Source: Macrostomum lignano | Taxonomy: Eukaryota | Direction: 5' to 3' | Assembly: GCA_002269645.1 (NCBI GenBank) | Contig: NIVC01000679.1 | Coordinates: 124,001-188,000, forward strand | DNA length: 64,000 nucleotides | Shown: piece after piece, positions 1-12,568 of the stretch | Layout: every line of letters starts with the position of its first letter | Numbering within the stretch: position 1 is the stretch's first letter | Notes under the pieces: model-generated | Seen by the model: the letters and a program-made list of their open reading frames with translations, nothing else | What the model was told of the DNA's origin: nothing | Databases searched by the model: none | Made by a program: the position numbers and the translations under genes

Positions 1-672
1 ACTACCAGTTTAGCCACATAATCGATTTAAAACACTCATAGCTCACTTTAGTCGTAGGAGCCGGGAGCGACACACCGGAGACTTAAATGTCTCATTGCCT
101 TTTTTCGGAAACGTTGATAAGCGTTCAAGTTTCATATTTTAAACCTGGTAGATTTCTTAGAAAGTTCAGATTTTCGCGGATAGGCAAATCTCATTAATAA
201 TTTATCCTCTTGTCCTCCAGTTTTATGCTCGGAATGTAATTATGACCCTGGATACTTGCTTGGTTTTTACAGAGAGTGTGTGACTCTCCCTCTCTCTGTG
301 TATGTGTGTGTGCGCGACTGAGCTCAGACACACAAGTTCCTCCCCCTCCAATACTTTACTCGACCAGCAGCGGGACAGGCAAATCCCATTGAGCTCCCCC
401 CCCCCTGACTGGCTGACCCTTTTTTCACCAACAGCCCTCTCTGGCGCTGCTCCGCACCAGCAACCCCTCACTGCAACCGCCAGTCCAAAATTTAATCTGC
501 CCCTGGGACAACATTATTCCAGCTCTTGACAGTGGACTTCCTCTACTCGGCTAAGCTCGCGAGCCAAACAGTGCAGCTGCTAATAACTCCATTTCTCCAA
601 TTCTTCTCTCTCTCTGTCTCTCTGCGCTTCGAAGATATGGTATTATTTTTCTCCTGTCGAATAATCAGACTA

Positions 673-3600
673 ATGCCTCGATTGTTGATTAGATGGAGCT
701 GCCTGTTGCTGCTAGTTCAAATCGTGCTCGGCGTCGCCATAGAAACGAAATCCGAGAGGAAGATGAGAAGCGCAGAGACTGTTGTTAGTCGTCGCTCTGT
801 CAATGAGTTGGGCAGCTGGGACACGGAGCACTCGAATTTCCCGCCGGATCTGGAGATTGACGGCCGAGCCAGACAATTTCCCAATGTGAGCATCTTTAAA
901 ATACTTCGACACGGATGCTTCGATCACGATGTGACCCGGTTCTGCAGCAACAGGATGACTCGCTACTCCTGCTTGTACTGGATTGACACCCACGCTGGAG
1001 ACAAGAGCAACAGTTTCAAGGGCGGAGCCAAGGTTGAAGAAAATCTCAAGAAACTTGGACTGGGCGCCGATTTCTTCGAGAATATGGACTGTAAGATTTC
1101 CTGTTGGACTTTTATTGCTGGCTATCTGGTCATGTCATGACAAGTGATATCTAATATAAACAATGGTAGATTGCCATAGGCCGCTATAGACAATGCTACA
1201 TGCTAAACAACCTAAAATTACCATAGAACATGTTGTTCAACGGACAATTTACCATAGACCATAGACAATGCCACATGTTGTGCAACAGACAATTTACCAT
1301 AGACCATAGACAATGCAACATGTTCGATGTTCTACAACAGACAATTACTATATACCATAATGCCACATGTTGTTCAACAGACGATTACCATAGACCATAG
1401 ACAATACCACATGTTGTTCAACAGACAATTTACCATAGATCATAGATAATGCCAAATGTTCGATGTTCTACAACAGACAATTATCATAGACCATAGACAA
1501 TGCAACATGTTCTACAACAGACAATTATCATAGACCATAGACAATGCAACATGTTCTACAACAGACAATTACTATAGACCATAGACAATGCAACATGTTC
1601 TACAACAGACAATTACCATAGGACCATAGACAATACCACGTTGTTTAACAGAAGAGTACCAAAGACCATAGACAATTCCACATGTTGTTCTACAGAAGAT
1701 TATCATGTAGGCCATAGACAATACCGAATTTTGTGCAACAGAAGACTGCCATAGACTATAGATCATATGCCACTGTTGTGCAACAGAACATTGCGATTGA
1801 AAGACGCCAAATATTGCGCAACCGAAGATTACTATACTACTTTAAGTGAATTCTTTGTCGTAAGAATTATAATCCATCTGGAATTCTTAGTCATATACTT
1901 ATGCATTCCATATTTTTGTGCCTTAATGATTCTATAGGCTCATAAATCTTGAAGGAACAGTTCCTGTTCATCAAGCCTACACAGATGGATTGGATTATAG
2001 AGAAAGATATCGTATATCTATATAGTTTACAAGATATCTGCCAAGAGACCCGGGTTGTGCACACTATAAATTCCGAGTTTACACAGCCCAAGCCCAGTGA
2101 AATATACCATTACTTATGATATATTTATTCAAGATAATGATAGGGAATTACTGCTATTTCAGGTGCCCCTTTTTTCCCATCTTAAGCATCATTTCAAGAC
2201 GCTTGAAATATTATAGTGCATCGAAAAAACTGCGTCAACGTCTTCAACTTGATTTTTATCTTCAACAGTCTCCGAAGGCTACGGAGCGATCGACGTTCAG
2301 AAAGGATCCGGTGATCTGCAGCGGAAATTCTTCAACTCGTTGCTAGGCAACGGAACTGTCAACATGCCGCAGACGGTCCGGCCAGAACTGACGCCGACGC
2401 ACGACGCGGACACCCAGTCGGAGGCGCATCCGGCTGGCGAAGAGCGTCAGCTGCTGCCAGAGTGCACCGTCTACCGAGGCCGACCAGACCTGCCGGACAA
2501 GTGGCGTCAGGTCATCGCTTTCTTGCTGCCGGCTTTTCTTCTTCTAGGAGGAGCGGGCAATTTGTTGGCCGCGGCCACGCTCACCAGGATGGGTCGCAAT
2601 TTCCTACCGCTGTGCTACTTCTCTAGCGCTGTGGCCGGCCTGGACTCGGTGCTAATCCTGATCAGCGCAGGCGATCTCTGGCTCCGCTCGGTTGCCCGGG
2701 TGGACGTCAACTTCATGCTGCTGTTCGCTTGCGAGACCTGCTGTCAAGTCTACCCGATGGTGTACAGCCTGGCTGCGCACATGAGGCAGCTGTGCTTCCT
2801 GGCGATCGCCATCGACACTCTGCTGCTGTACCAGCGGCTGGACAAGTTCTATCCCAAGTACAACCGGGAGCGAGTTTTCAACTGCTTCGTCCTGTTCTGC
2901 GCCATACTGATGAGCTTGAACTGCCAGTTCCTATGGACTTTCTCCCTGACCCGGCTGGACAATCCGGGCGAAACCAACCGAGGCTACCACTGCGGCTTCT
3001 CCGACAAGTGGGTCGAGATTCGGTACAAAGCGGTGATCTGGCCACTGATTGATCTGATGATTGGCGACTTTCTGCCAATGGTTGTGCCGGTTCTGTGCGG
3101 CCTGAGGCTGCTGCAGCTGTGCCGAACTGGGCAGCTCCAGTGGCTGCAGCCAGAGAGCATCGGCCAAGTCGTGTTCATCGATGTCGACGCCTTCGTCGAG
3201 ATTCGCCGAGCCAGTCTGATCACCGTCGGTCTCGAGCTGCTGTTCAACGCACCGACGTCGATTTTTACTTTTACAAAGTTTGTGAGCAGCGCCAGCCACA
3301 TGATGCAGGAGCACATCTTCGTGCCGCAGAGCCTGCGATCCCTGCTGGGCACGCAGTCGCATGCCAGCTTTCTGGATAGGAAGAACAGACAGGTTTGTGG
3401 TGGGGGGGGGGAGGGTGGCACGAAAGATGCACCCTATATTCGATTCTGCGTAGTATAAAAAAAATAGCTGTGGGGAACTCTGGCGCAACGACTTCATCGA
3501 CATCGTTTTCACAACCAGCGCTGAGCCAATTCTGCCCATTCCGCAGACTCCTGAGAACACACAAGCGCTCCCATACTGTACCTTTTTTTCGAATTTCTTA

Positions 3601-4266
3601 TAGTTATGCATGTACACTACTTGTGCCTTGGGGTTTGGTCTTCATGGGTTTTGAATCGCACAAAAACGATTCAAACCGGCAAATTCTCGTGTACAAAAGT
3701 CCAAACGAATGTGACCGCGGCAGTTGAACCAGGGATCCACTCCCATTCGCATATTCGCATTCAATATCGAGAACGCGTCAACATTTTCTATTGGACTACA
3801 CTTACTTCCGATCTCCCTGTTCTCTCCAGTTGCCTACATGTTCTCCCCTGTCGTCTCTCCTGTCTCTCGCAGTATCTTTCCTATCGCCTCTTCATACCGG
3901 CTCCCCCAGTTGTCGAACCAGCAGATCCTACAGTAATTTTTGGATTCTAAACAATCAACAACCAACCAATTTCAGGATCTGTTCTTCACCGTAGATTCTG
4001 TAGTATATCTGCTGCTGCTGACCTGGCTGTCAGCTCGGCCCATTGTTCAATTCATCAGTCAGGCCACTTTTCGTAGACACCTAAAAGCAATTCTGGCCAG
4101 TATGAAGCAGAGCCTGGTAACCAGCAGCAGGCTGATGAAGCAAAGAAAGCAGCTGCCGGTTGCTCAGACGCGGCTGTCCGTAGTGGAGCTGTCACCCGAG
4201 CAAGATCGGCGATGCCACGGGCTGACGTCTGCTGCCAGGGAGCCGTTTCTGATGAGGCGAGTTTGA
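673..4266 (+). CDS. Orphan rhodopsin-like (class A, peptide-receptor-like) GPCR, 610 aa, with signal peptide and ~220-aa N-terminal ectodomain; exons 673-1090, 2269-3392, 3976-4266
   Basis: Seven hydrophobic segments: TM1 'LLGGAGNLLAA', TM3 'CQVYP...AIAIDTL' (DTL in place of DRY), an ECL2 Cys, and TM7 'SARPIVQFISQATFRRHL'. Junctions T|gtaag...caacag|TC and CAG|gtttg...ttcag|GAT keep the frame (1833 nt). N-terminus MPRLLIRWSCLLLLVQIVLGVA looks like a signal peptide. Confidence 0.8.
1170..1790. repeat. ~44-bp minisatellite in GPCR intron 1
   Basis: Degenerate tandem copies of catagaccatagacaatgcaacatgttctacaacagacaattat. Confidence 0.9.
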
Positions 4267-4344
4267 TTCGAGCTTCTGTCTCTTGTTAAACTCCGGGCGA
4301 CACGAGATGAATTGCCGATGGAAAAAAGTAGACTGGCTCAAATT

Positions 4345-4990
4345 ACCGATTACTGACTGTAGACATGCTCAGGGTGTTCTATGACTGATTGGTGACTGTA
4401 GACATGCTCAAGGTGTTCTATGACTGATTGGTGACTGTAGACATGCTCAAGGTGTTCTATGACTGATTGCTGACTGTAGACATGCTCAGGGTGTTCTATG
4501 ATTGATTGCTGACTGTAGACATGCTCAAGGTGTTCTATGACTGATTGCTGACTGTAGACATGCTCAAGGTGTTCTATGACTGATTGGTGACTGTAGACAT
4601 GCTCAAGGAGCTCTATGACTGATTGGTGACTGTAGACATGCTCAAGGTGCTCTATGACTGATTGGTGACTGTAGACATGCTCAAGGTGTTCTATGATATG
4701 ATTGCTGGCTGTAGACATGCTCAAGGTGCTCTATGACTGATTGGTGACTGTAGACATGCTCAAGGTGCTCTATGACTGATTGGTGACTGTAGACATGCTC
4801 AAGGAGCTCTATGACTGATTGGTGACTGTAGACATGCTCAAGGTGCTCTATGACTGATTGGTGACTGTAGACATGCTCAAGGTGTTCTATGATATGATTG
4901 CTGGCTGTAGACATGCTCAAGGTGTTCTATGATTTATTGCTGGCTGTAGACATGCTCAAGATGTTCTATGATTCGTTGGTGACTATAGAC
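4345..4990. repeat. 39-bp minisatellite
   Basis: Tandem atgactgattggtgactgtagacatgctcaaggtgttct, about 16 copies. Confidence 0.95.
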
Positions 4991-5550
4991 AGGGTTGGAA
5001 TAGCCGTGCATGACTTAATTATTTACTGTAACTGATTACAGACTTTGCTATGTCGCTTAAATGGACAATAATAGCAGATCTACTTATATTATTTATTACT
5101 ACTAAAATTATACAGATTCATAACCAATTTCGATTCATTGTTTTTTCTACGTTCCCATTTTTCTAAATATTATATCATACGTTCGTAACATGACATGACT
5201 CGTTATCAGCTGCCTCCGTAACATTTGGCTTAGCAGTAAATCCATGAACGACATATATTTTCGGTTATTACATGCATAATAAAGAAGGTATATAATCATT
5301 AAACAATCGTTTCTGAATATTCTGTGCTTGTTCTTAGGGTCGTTACATTGTTTAGTAATTTATACGACGAATCAGTACATACGGTTGCAGTTTAGAGGAT
5401 AAATTTTGCTCACCGATGCAGCACGTTGCGAACAATATTAACCAATATATATTACTAGTCTGTAAGTAGTAGCTGGCCGAAGTAGCATCATGTCCACAAT
5501 TTTAAAAAATGAGGACCCAGTCCCAATAGGTACAAAAATAGTTGATCACA

Positions 5551-8500
5551 TTAACGATGCGCTCCGCCTCGAACTGCCGCAGCTCGGTACTGTCTGGGCA
5601 GACGCGGAACTGCCCGACGCCAGTAGTCTCTGTCGTCACTGCTCAGCTCAGCAACATCGCGAAGGAAGGAATTTGTATTTTTCCACTTTTTCACCTGTTT
5701 TTCCAATTTCTAAAGTAAATGAGGAAAGGTGTTGCGATCCATTATCTGCCGGCCATGATCGATTCCTTCCGAGGTAATTCGTTAGGCTTTTACACTTTCA
5801 CTGCTGCATTGTTTCATTGCTGAGGATGTCAAAAGCTTATGGGGGATTGCTCGGATGCCAAGGCTTGTATGGGGGTAAATTATTGAAATGCTGAGGCCGT
5901 CTTTCAGGGCCGATAGTGACTACTAGCAATCAGCGCCCCCCCCCTTAAGAAGGAAACAGAGAATAGAAAATATTTTTTGAATAAACTACATGTAGCTTCT
6001 GACCTCTCAGCCCTGGCGTCTCAGCAATTCTCCCCGTAAGCCTTGACATGACCGTAAATGTACTTACATACTAGTATTTACATATTTTATTTCATTTGCG
6101 TTCTAAATGAACAGAATTTCAATACCAACTATAGAAGTCTTACCTTGTCATTCAATCGGCGAAAACAGACGCATTCCGGGTCCAACAAAGGGAAAAATTG
6201 GCCTTTGTAGCGAGCAATTTTAGCCACAGGTCCGTAGCTGCAGTAGCCGCACAGCAAATCCACACCAATCATATCCATTCCGGGAACCTTTTTGATCTCG
6301 CCTCCATGTTGACCAACAATGCGTTGACCTCCAGTGAACATGTCGGCATCCAGAACGACGCGATGGATTCCGCAAATCAATCGAAGCCGAGTCGAATCCG
6401 ACAGTTTTTCTTCACACTTGCGGCACAGAATTTCGTGGTCGCTATCAATGATGACGTCACTTCCGATAGGTGTGCTATTATTAGCACGTTTTTCCTCTTC
6501 GTCTTTCAGCGCCTTTTCCTGGTAATCCAGCATCTGCAATTGAAAGCTTTTAGCAGTAGCGTATAAAGCTTATAGAAGGCTAAAAGAATTTTAACAAATT
6601 TAATTGTTATGACTTCTTCTCTAGCGGAAGACAGTGAGCCAAGACCTCTTAAGTATTTGCTCTCTTAACCGAGCGTCTTATTTCATGTTATCGTAACCTT
6701 CTTTTATATATCTTTTATATACTTTTTTGCGATTGAATTCGTCCAAACTGCAAAACCTTTCGTCCACTAACGCTTTCTTAATGGGAGCTAAATTAAGATT
6801 ATACCATAGACAACTGTGTTCACGCAAAACGGTTCATCCAGTTTGTAAAACATTTCGTCTAAACCCTTCGTCCAAACAGCTAACAGCTAAACGGAGCGAC
6901 TTTATTTGATATCACGAGATATTGAACAAAGCCTGTCAGACAGCCTAAGTTTTGGCTGTCTTTCTCTTGATCCCAAGGATATCGGCCAGTTGTTTCCAAT
7001 CGCGGCCTTCTTCAACAGCCAAGGCTAATCGCCTGCGGTCTTCGTTTGACACTGGAGGGTAGGGGCCTCGGTTCATCTTCGACTGTTTTGCCGGGTTCAG
7101 AATGGAAGATATGCGTTGCTGTAGCTGTAGTGGTAGCAAAAGCGAACAGTCAATTGGGTGTTAACTATGGTAGGAACAGTACACTCCGTCTCTAGTCTAG
7201 GGGACGAAATGTTTTACAAACTGGATGAACCTTTTTGCGTGAACACAGTTGTCTATGGTATGATCTAAATTTAGCTCCCATTAAGAAAGCATTTGTGGAC
7301 GAAAGGTTTTGCAGTTTGGACGAATTCAATCGCAAAAAAGTATATTTTCCCAGCTTGAAGCATTGCTTCTTTAGCTCATGGCTGCATGGGTGTGTGTGCA
7401 ACTGAATCGTCTATGGCCACACCCAACATTAATAATGCACAAGAACCGAACCTCAAGTAAAGAAGAGAATCAGAGAAGAGAATTCATAACTTTAATTGTC
7501 TATAATTGATTACACCTGCCCTAATGAGCAGATGTACAACCGACAGCTCAGCCGCAGCTATTGCGCGGCGCATCTGAAGGCTGCGTACGGCTGTTCAGTC
7601 AAAGGACTGGGAGATCGCCACACACCCTCAATTACCCCAGCTAATGCTGACACCTATCTTACAGCTGGGTAAACTGAAAAAAAATTAGAGTGAAGTATCT
7701 TTTCCAAGAATTGTTCCGAGTGGGTAGAGAATCGAAAACCCGACCTTCTAGTCATGAGTCCGACACTCTAAACACTAAGCTAAAACCCTCTCACTAGGCT
7801 ATAAAACCAGGGACTACTCAAAGATCCTCTTAAACCTCGCAAACCAGCCTCGTAAAAACTTTGCCATGATTTGCCTAGTTTCCCGTCTCGATGTTATAGT
7901 AGTCCCTGGCTATAACCCTCGAAGAGGCACAGCACAGAGAAAAACAAAGTTGTCCTTAAGTCAACACAGCGATTGAAACTGTCGACAAAAAACTGAAAGA
8001 TTCTCACCTTGACTACCAACTCTTCAGTCGTTAAATCAGTAACGCACGCCACTGATTGCTGCATCATTGCATCGCGCAGCTCATTTTCGCGTTCCTTGTG
8101 ACGCAGCGCCTCCTGTGTCTCAGCTACAATCACGTAATAGGCGCTGTTTTTGGCCCGGCACCGGCCTTTGGTCTGCACCATGGCGATTTCGTTTGTCACG
8201 TGACAGTAGCGCACCACCAGGTTGCAGTCCGGTATGTCTAGGCCTTCTTCCGCCATACTGGTGCAAGCAATCACTTTGTAGTCGCCTTGCCGGAAGCCCT
8301 CAATGCGAGCCTGCTGCTCAGAAGCATTAGTGCCTCCGGAAGCGTCGCTTGAAGTTGCGCCAGTCACATAGGCAGCCGGTAGATGCGGTAGTTGCTCGTT
8401 TAAGAACTCAGTAATCACCTGAGCGTAGATTTTCCGTTGTACGAAAACAATCGCTCGCGAGTCGGCTTGCGAGTTGAACTGGTTGCGAAGGATTTCCACG

Positions 8501-11500
8501 AATTTGTCCAGCGGAGGACTCGACTGCAAGCGATAAACCAGTCATCAAAATAATGGAACGTTGCATTTGGCTAAATGCACTCAATAACAAACTTACCGAA
8601 GCCTCTTTGGTGTCGCAGAATCTTTCTAGCGGCCCGATCAGGCTATGCAGTCGCTGCCGCAGTTGACTCTCCGCCTCGCAGACTGGGGGCTTAGCCAGTT
8701 CGTCCACAGCTCGAAGTTCTTTCTTGATGTAGCGCCACGCACCTCGGGGATTGTAGAACTGCGCAATCATATACGCTTGATTGAATGTGTCCAGATAACG
8801 ACTGCAGGCGAACAGATCTTTGCCCATCTCTTCGTCTGCCACTTGGTGAATTTTGTACTTAACATCGGAGCAGTAGTTTGTGTAAGTTGGAGTGCCTCTT
8901 GGCGGCGCTGATGCAATCTGGAGGGCTTCCGGCTCTGAGTTTAGCAGCGAGCTCCGATTGCTATATAGCAGCTTCTCCCCAAGGTCCATCAGCTCGTTTA
9001 AAAATTTAATGAATACGTCTTCCGAGCTCTGTTTAGCAGGTACCGAGAGGATTTGACAGTCTTGATCTGAGTTAAATTTAAATAGTGACTGAAGATAGCG
9101 CTGCACAGTGACAGGGTAGGGGCAGTCAAGATTGGCGCACAGTTGAACAAGATGCTCCTTGGCATCCTCTGGTCCCTTGGCTTTGCCGGTGCCTTGAGGT
9201 GCAGGTTTTTTGGACGTTTGGATGTTTTGGGTGTTTAATTGGCGTTTTTGTCCACTGGCAGTAGCGTCCTTACAGATCAGACACAATGGACAGTAGTGTC
9301 CTTACAGATCAGAAACAATGGACAGTAGTGTCCTTACAGATCAGACACAATGGACAGTAGTGTCCTTACAGATCAGACACAATGGACAGTAGTGTCCTTA
9401 CAGATCAGAAACAATGGACAGTAGTGTCCTTACAGATCAGAAACAATGGACAGTAGTGTCCTTACAGATCAGAAACAATGGACAGTAGTGTCCTTACAGA
9501 TCAGACACAATGGACAGTAGTGTCCCTACAGATCAGACACAATGGACAGTTGTGTTCTTACAGATCAGACACAATGGACATTGAGTGTCCTTACAGATCA
9601 GACACAATGGACAGTTGTGTTCTTACAGATCAGACACAATGGACATTGAGTGTCCTTACAGATCAGACACAATGGACATTGAGTGTCCTTACAGAGCAGA
9701 CACAATGGACATTGAGTGTCCTTACAGATCAGACACAATGAACAGATCAGGCATCGTTAGACGTGAAATAGCTTAAAAACAAGAATTTAATAATTCATGC
9801 CTCTCTAGCATTTTACCTGGACTGGCCGTTAGCCCAAGAATCCGTGGCAGGCGGGTTCCTCGACAGCTTTCCGATTGATTCTCTTGTTTCAGATCTCTCT
9901 TCAGTCGCAGGTAGTGCATCATCACTTTCATACTGGCGTGGCTCTTTGCACAATTGTGGCATTCGTCGAATATGATGAGGCGGAAATCGGAAATGTTCGC
10001 AACTGTTTTTCTATCAAGCTCGTTTAATAGAATTTGGGTGCTAATGACCAGGATGGAGTTTTTCTTCATAGACAGGGCGAATGGCTTTCGATTCTTGTTG
10101 TCTTTGCCTCCCAGGATTAGGTCAACTCTGTCCCGCCAAGGTGAGGGCAGGGCGGACCTGAACTTGTCGTATTGCTGCTGAACCAGCTGATTAGTGGATG
10201 CCAGAAGTGCCACCTAAGATATTATGGCGTTTGAAAATGGAACAAATGTTCAAACATTAAAAATGAAACATGGTTGTGTTGAATGATAAACTAATTGCTT
10301 TCAGCTCTGACCTTTGCTTGGGGCTCGGCCTTGAGCAGCCGCAGAGCGACGTACACGGCTACCAGAGTCTTCCCAGAGCCAGTGGGCGCGATCACTATCG
10401 AGTTGCGACCTAACAGGGCCGGCTCTGCCAACTCCAGCTGGTAGTCGCGGAGCTGCTGGCCGACGAGCTCGTTGTTGCCAGGCAGCTGAGACCCAGGCGG
10501 CGATGGCGGCTCCTGATTGGCTATTCGCTCAAGCTTGTAAATGTCTGAGTCGAACTTCAGTCCGTTGAGATCGAACCACCGGTTCGATTGGTCGACGACC
10601 GACTTTTTGGCCTCCTCAAACTCCGGACTCGACACTGGATTGTCGAGCTTGGGGCGAATCGCCGAGAGCTCTGAGATGAAGGGGTGGCAATGCATTGAGA
10701 CTGAAATTGATCATCCTAGAGTTCCCATTTTGGGCAAAGGCGTGTCTTCCAGCTGCTTTTATTCAGTGATTTGACCAGCTATTTCAGATGCAATGATCTG
10801 GTCTCTCACCTGACTCAAAGTTTTGGCCGAACGGTGCAATGGTGTCGAGCAGATCGACTGAGCTCTCGAGGTCAGCGATCGCAGCGAGGATGAGGTGCTC
10901 AAACCAGTCGTGAGGTGCACAATCAATGAGCTGGCGAAGCACGCAATGGACGTCTGCGGGTTGAGGCGACAAGGGGATATCTGATAAGGGATCTGGAGAT
11001 GGGATCATGTCACCATGACCATGTGACGGGATCAGGTGACAGGAATCAGAAAGACAAACAAAGGATAGCACCTCAGTAACACAGAAGCTCAACAATTCAG
11101 CAAATCTGCATCTGAGCATTCCAATACCTCAGCGAGTCTGCGAGTCTTCTGACAACTGAGCAGCCCAATAACTCAGCAACTGAGCAGCCCCAATAACTCA
11201 GCAACTGAGCAGCCCCAATAACTCAGCAACTGAGCAGCCCCAATAACTCAGCAACTGAGCAGCCCCAATAACTCAGCAACTGAGCAGCCCAATAACTCAG
11301 CAACTGAGCAGACCAATAACTCAGCAACTGAGCAGACCAATAACTCAGCAACTGAGCAGCCCCAATAACTCAGCAACTGAGCAGCCCCAATAACTCAGCA
11401 ACTGAGCAGCCCAATAACTCAGCAACTGAGCAGACCAATAACTCAGCAACTGAGCAGACCAATAACTCAGCAACTGAGCAGCCCCAATAACTCAGCAACT

Positions 11501-12268
11501 GAGCAGCCCCAATAACTCAGCAACTGAGCAGCCCCAATAACTCAGCAACTGAGCAGCCCCAATAACTCAGAATCTGAGCAGCCCACTCAGCAGCACAGCA
11601 TCTCAGCTCAGCTCACGTGCTGCACTCCCGTCGCCGTCAAGATCTTCAGAAGACTTGCTGAAGTCCTGCAGTGACTGGGCGAAGACGTCTCTCTGCAGTG
11701 CTGCGGGAAGGCTGGCCGGCACTGACAACTGCAGCCGATGAAGACGCGGCAGATCCCGCCGATTGTCCAGGTGCAGAATGTGCAGCAAGTTCTCCTGTGC
11801 TGCTGTTGCGTGGGTTCACAGGGAGATGAGTTGACATTTATTATGCTTTCTCGCATGTACAGCTCAGCATGACAGCACTTACAGCTTGTGATGCAGCGCA
11901 GAAGCTGGCTGAATGCGTCTTCGATTGGCAATTGGCCGACAACCTGCAGCAATTCGGACCAACTGCTGGGCCGATTCATGGTAATGCCTTGAGTGGGATG
12001 AGCTGCATTGGGTGGAAATTCGATCAGGAGCAGACATTGCTGAGTAACGATAATTATTGTCAATTTCAAGAAATTTATCGATTAGATGAATTACACTTTT
12101 TACAGGTTTTCAAAGTTTAGTATTGAGGCACTCACCATTTTTAATATGATTTTCGTACACAGCCACAATATTGCCAATGTCAATTAATCCTTCAATGTCG
12201 TCTTTAAATATATGGAAAAGAAGGCTAATAAGTCCTTCGAGTTCAACGCTTTCTTCGCCACCGTCCAT
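5551..12268 (-). CDS. RIG-I-like receptor A (putative 2xCARD-like N-terminus + DECH helicase + Zn-binding CTD), 999 aa; exons 12268-12136, 12002-11883, 11802-11617, 10953-10810, 10670-10312, 10213-9817, 9192-8597, 8523-8008, 6533-6144, 5709-5551
   Basis: Motifs [27 protein letters not shown]...[30 protein letters not shown]; CTD with CRKC...CGYC and a terminal KKWK motif. All ten exons have GT-AG boundaries with matching phases and total 3000 nt. Confidence 0.92.
6722..7340 (-). mobile_element. Internally deleted Tc1/mariner-superfamily (IS630-like) element with ~140-bp TIRs, in RLR-A intron 8
   Basis: 6722-~6860 is the reverse complement of ~7200-7340, and both ends are flanked by TA. Internal minus-strand [46 protein letters not shown] (7076-6945) resembles a transposase N-terminal HTH. 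Confidence 0.75.
7480..7790 (-). mobile_element. tRNA-derived SINE remnant
   Basis: Minus strand has a degenerate A box (tagcttagtgtttag) and B box (ggttttcgattct), followed by a SINE-core-like 'tcagtttacccagctgtaaga' segment. Confidence 0.5.
9262..9745. repeat. 32-bp minisatellite in RLR-A intron 6
   Basis: Tandem cttacagatcagacacaatggacagtagtgtc. Confidence 0.95.
11150..11595. repeat. 24/25-bp minisatellite in RLR-A intron 3
   Basis: Tandem gagcagccccaataactcagcaact; counterpart at 18560-18985. Confidence 0.95.
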
Positions 12269-12450
12269 GGTTGATTGATATTATTTGTTGATAGGCTCAG
12301 CCGCTTTTAGCTTATTTTTAATTAAAAACTAATTGATTAGTCCACTTGTCCGTTGTCCACTTGTCTTGCATTAACTAACTACCATAGTAATGCAAAGCAA
12401 TGCGGTTGCAGTGACAGAGCTGCCTCTATTTTATCACGACAGGACAGAGC

Positions 12451-12492
12451 GAAACCGAAAAGTGGAAAAGGGAAAGATTTCTTGGAAATTCC
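12451..12492 (+). promoter_or_regulatory. IRF/ISRE-like plus kappaB-like composite element upstream of RLR-A
   Basis: GAAACCGAAAAGTGGAAAAGGGAAAGATTTCTTGGAAATTCC, ~185-225 bp upstream of the ATG; contains a GAAANNGAAA core and GGAAATTCC. Confidence 0.5.
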
Positions 12493-12568
12493 GAGCGCCC
12501 GCGCGGAGGGTATGGCCACCAGTTCTAAAAATAGATTCTACATACCAATGTACACTGAGCGTCTACGT

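Larger units (their letters stand above)
10312..12510 (-). repeat. Left arm of ~2.2-kb inverted duplication (pairs with 17645-19795)
   Basis: Promoter, exons 1-5 and introns 1-4 of RLR-A are near-identical to the reverse complement of 17645-19795; similarity stops at the exon-5 donor. Confidence 0.95.

Noticed and set aside
7720-7785. tRNA gene
   Set aside because: A and B boxes are degenerate, there is no clean cloverleaf, and it runs into SINE-like body sequence.
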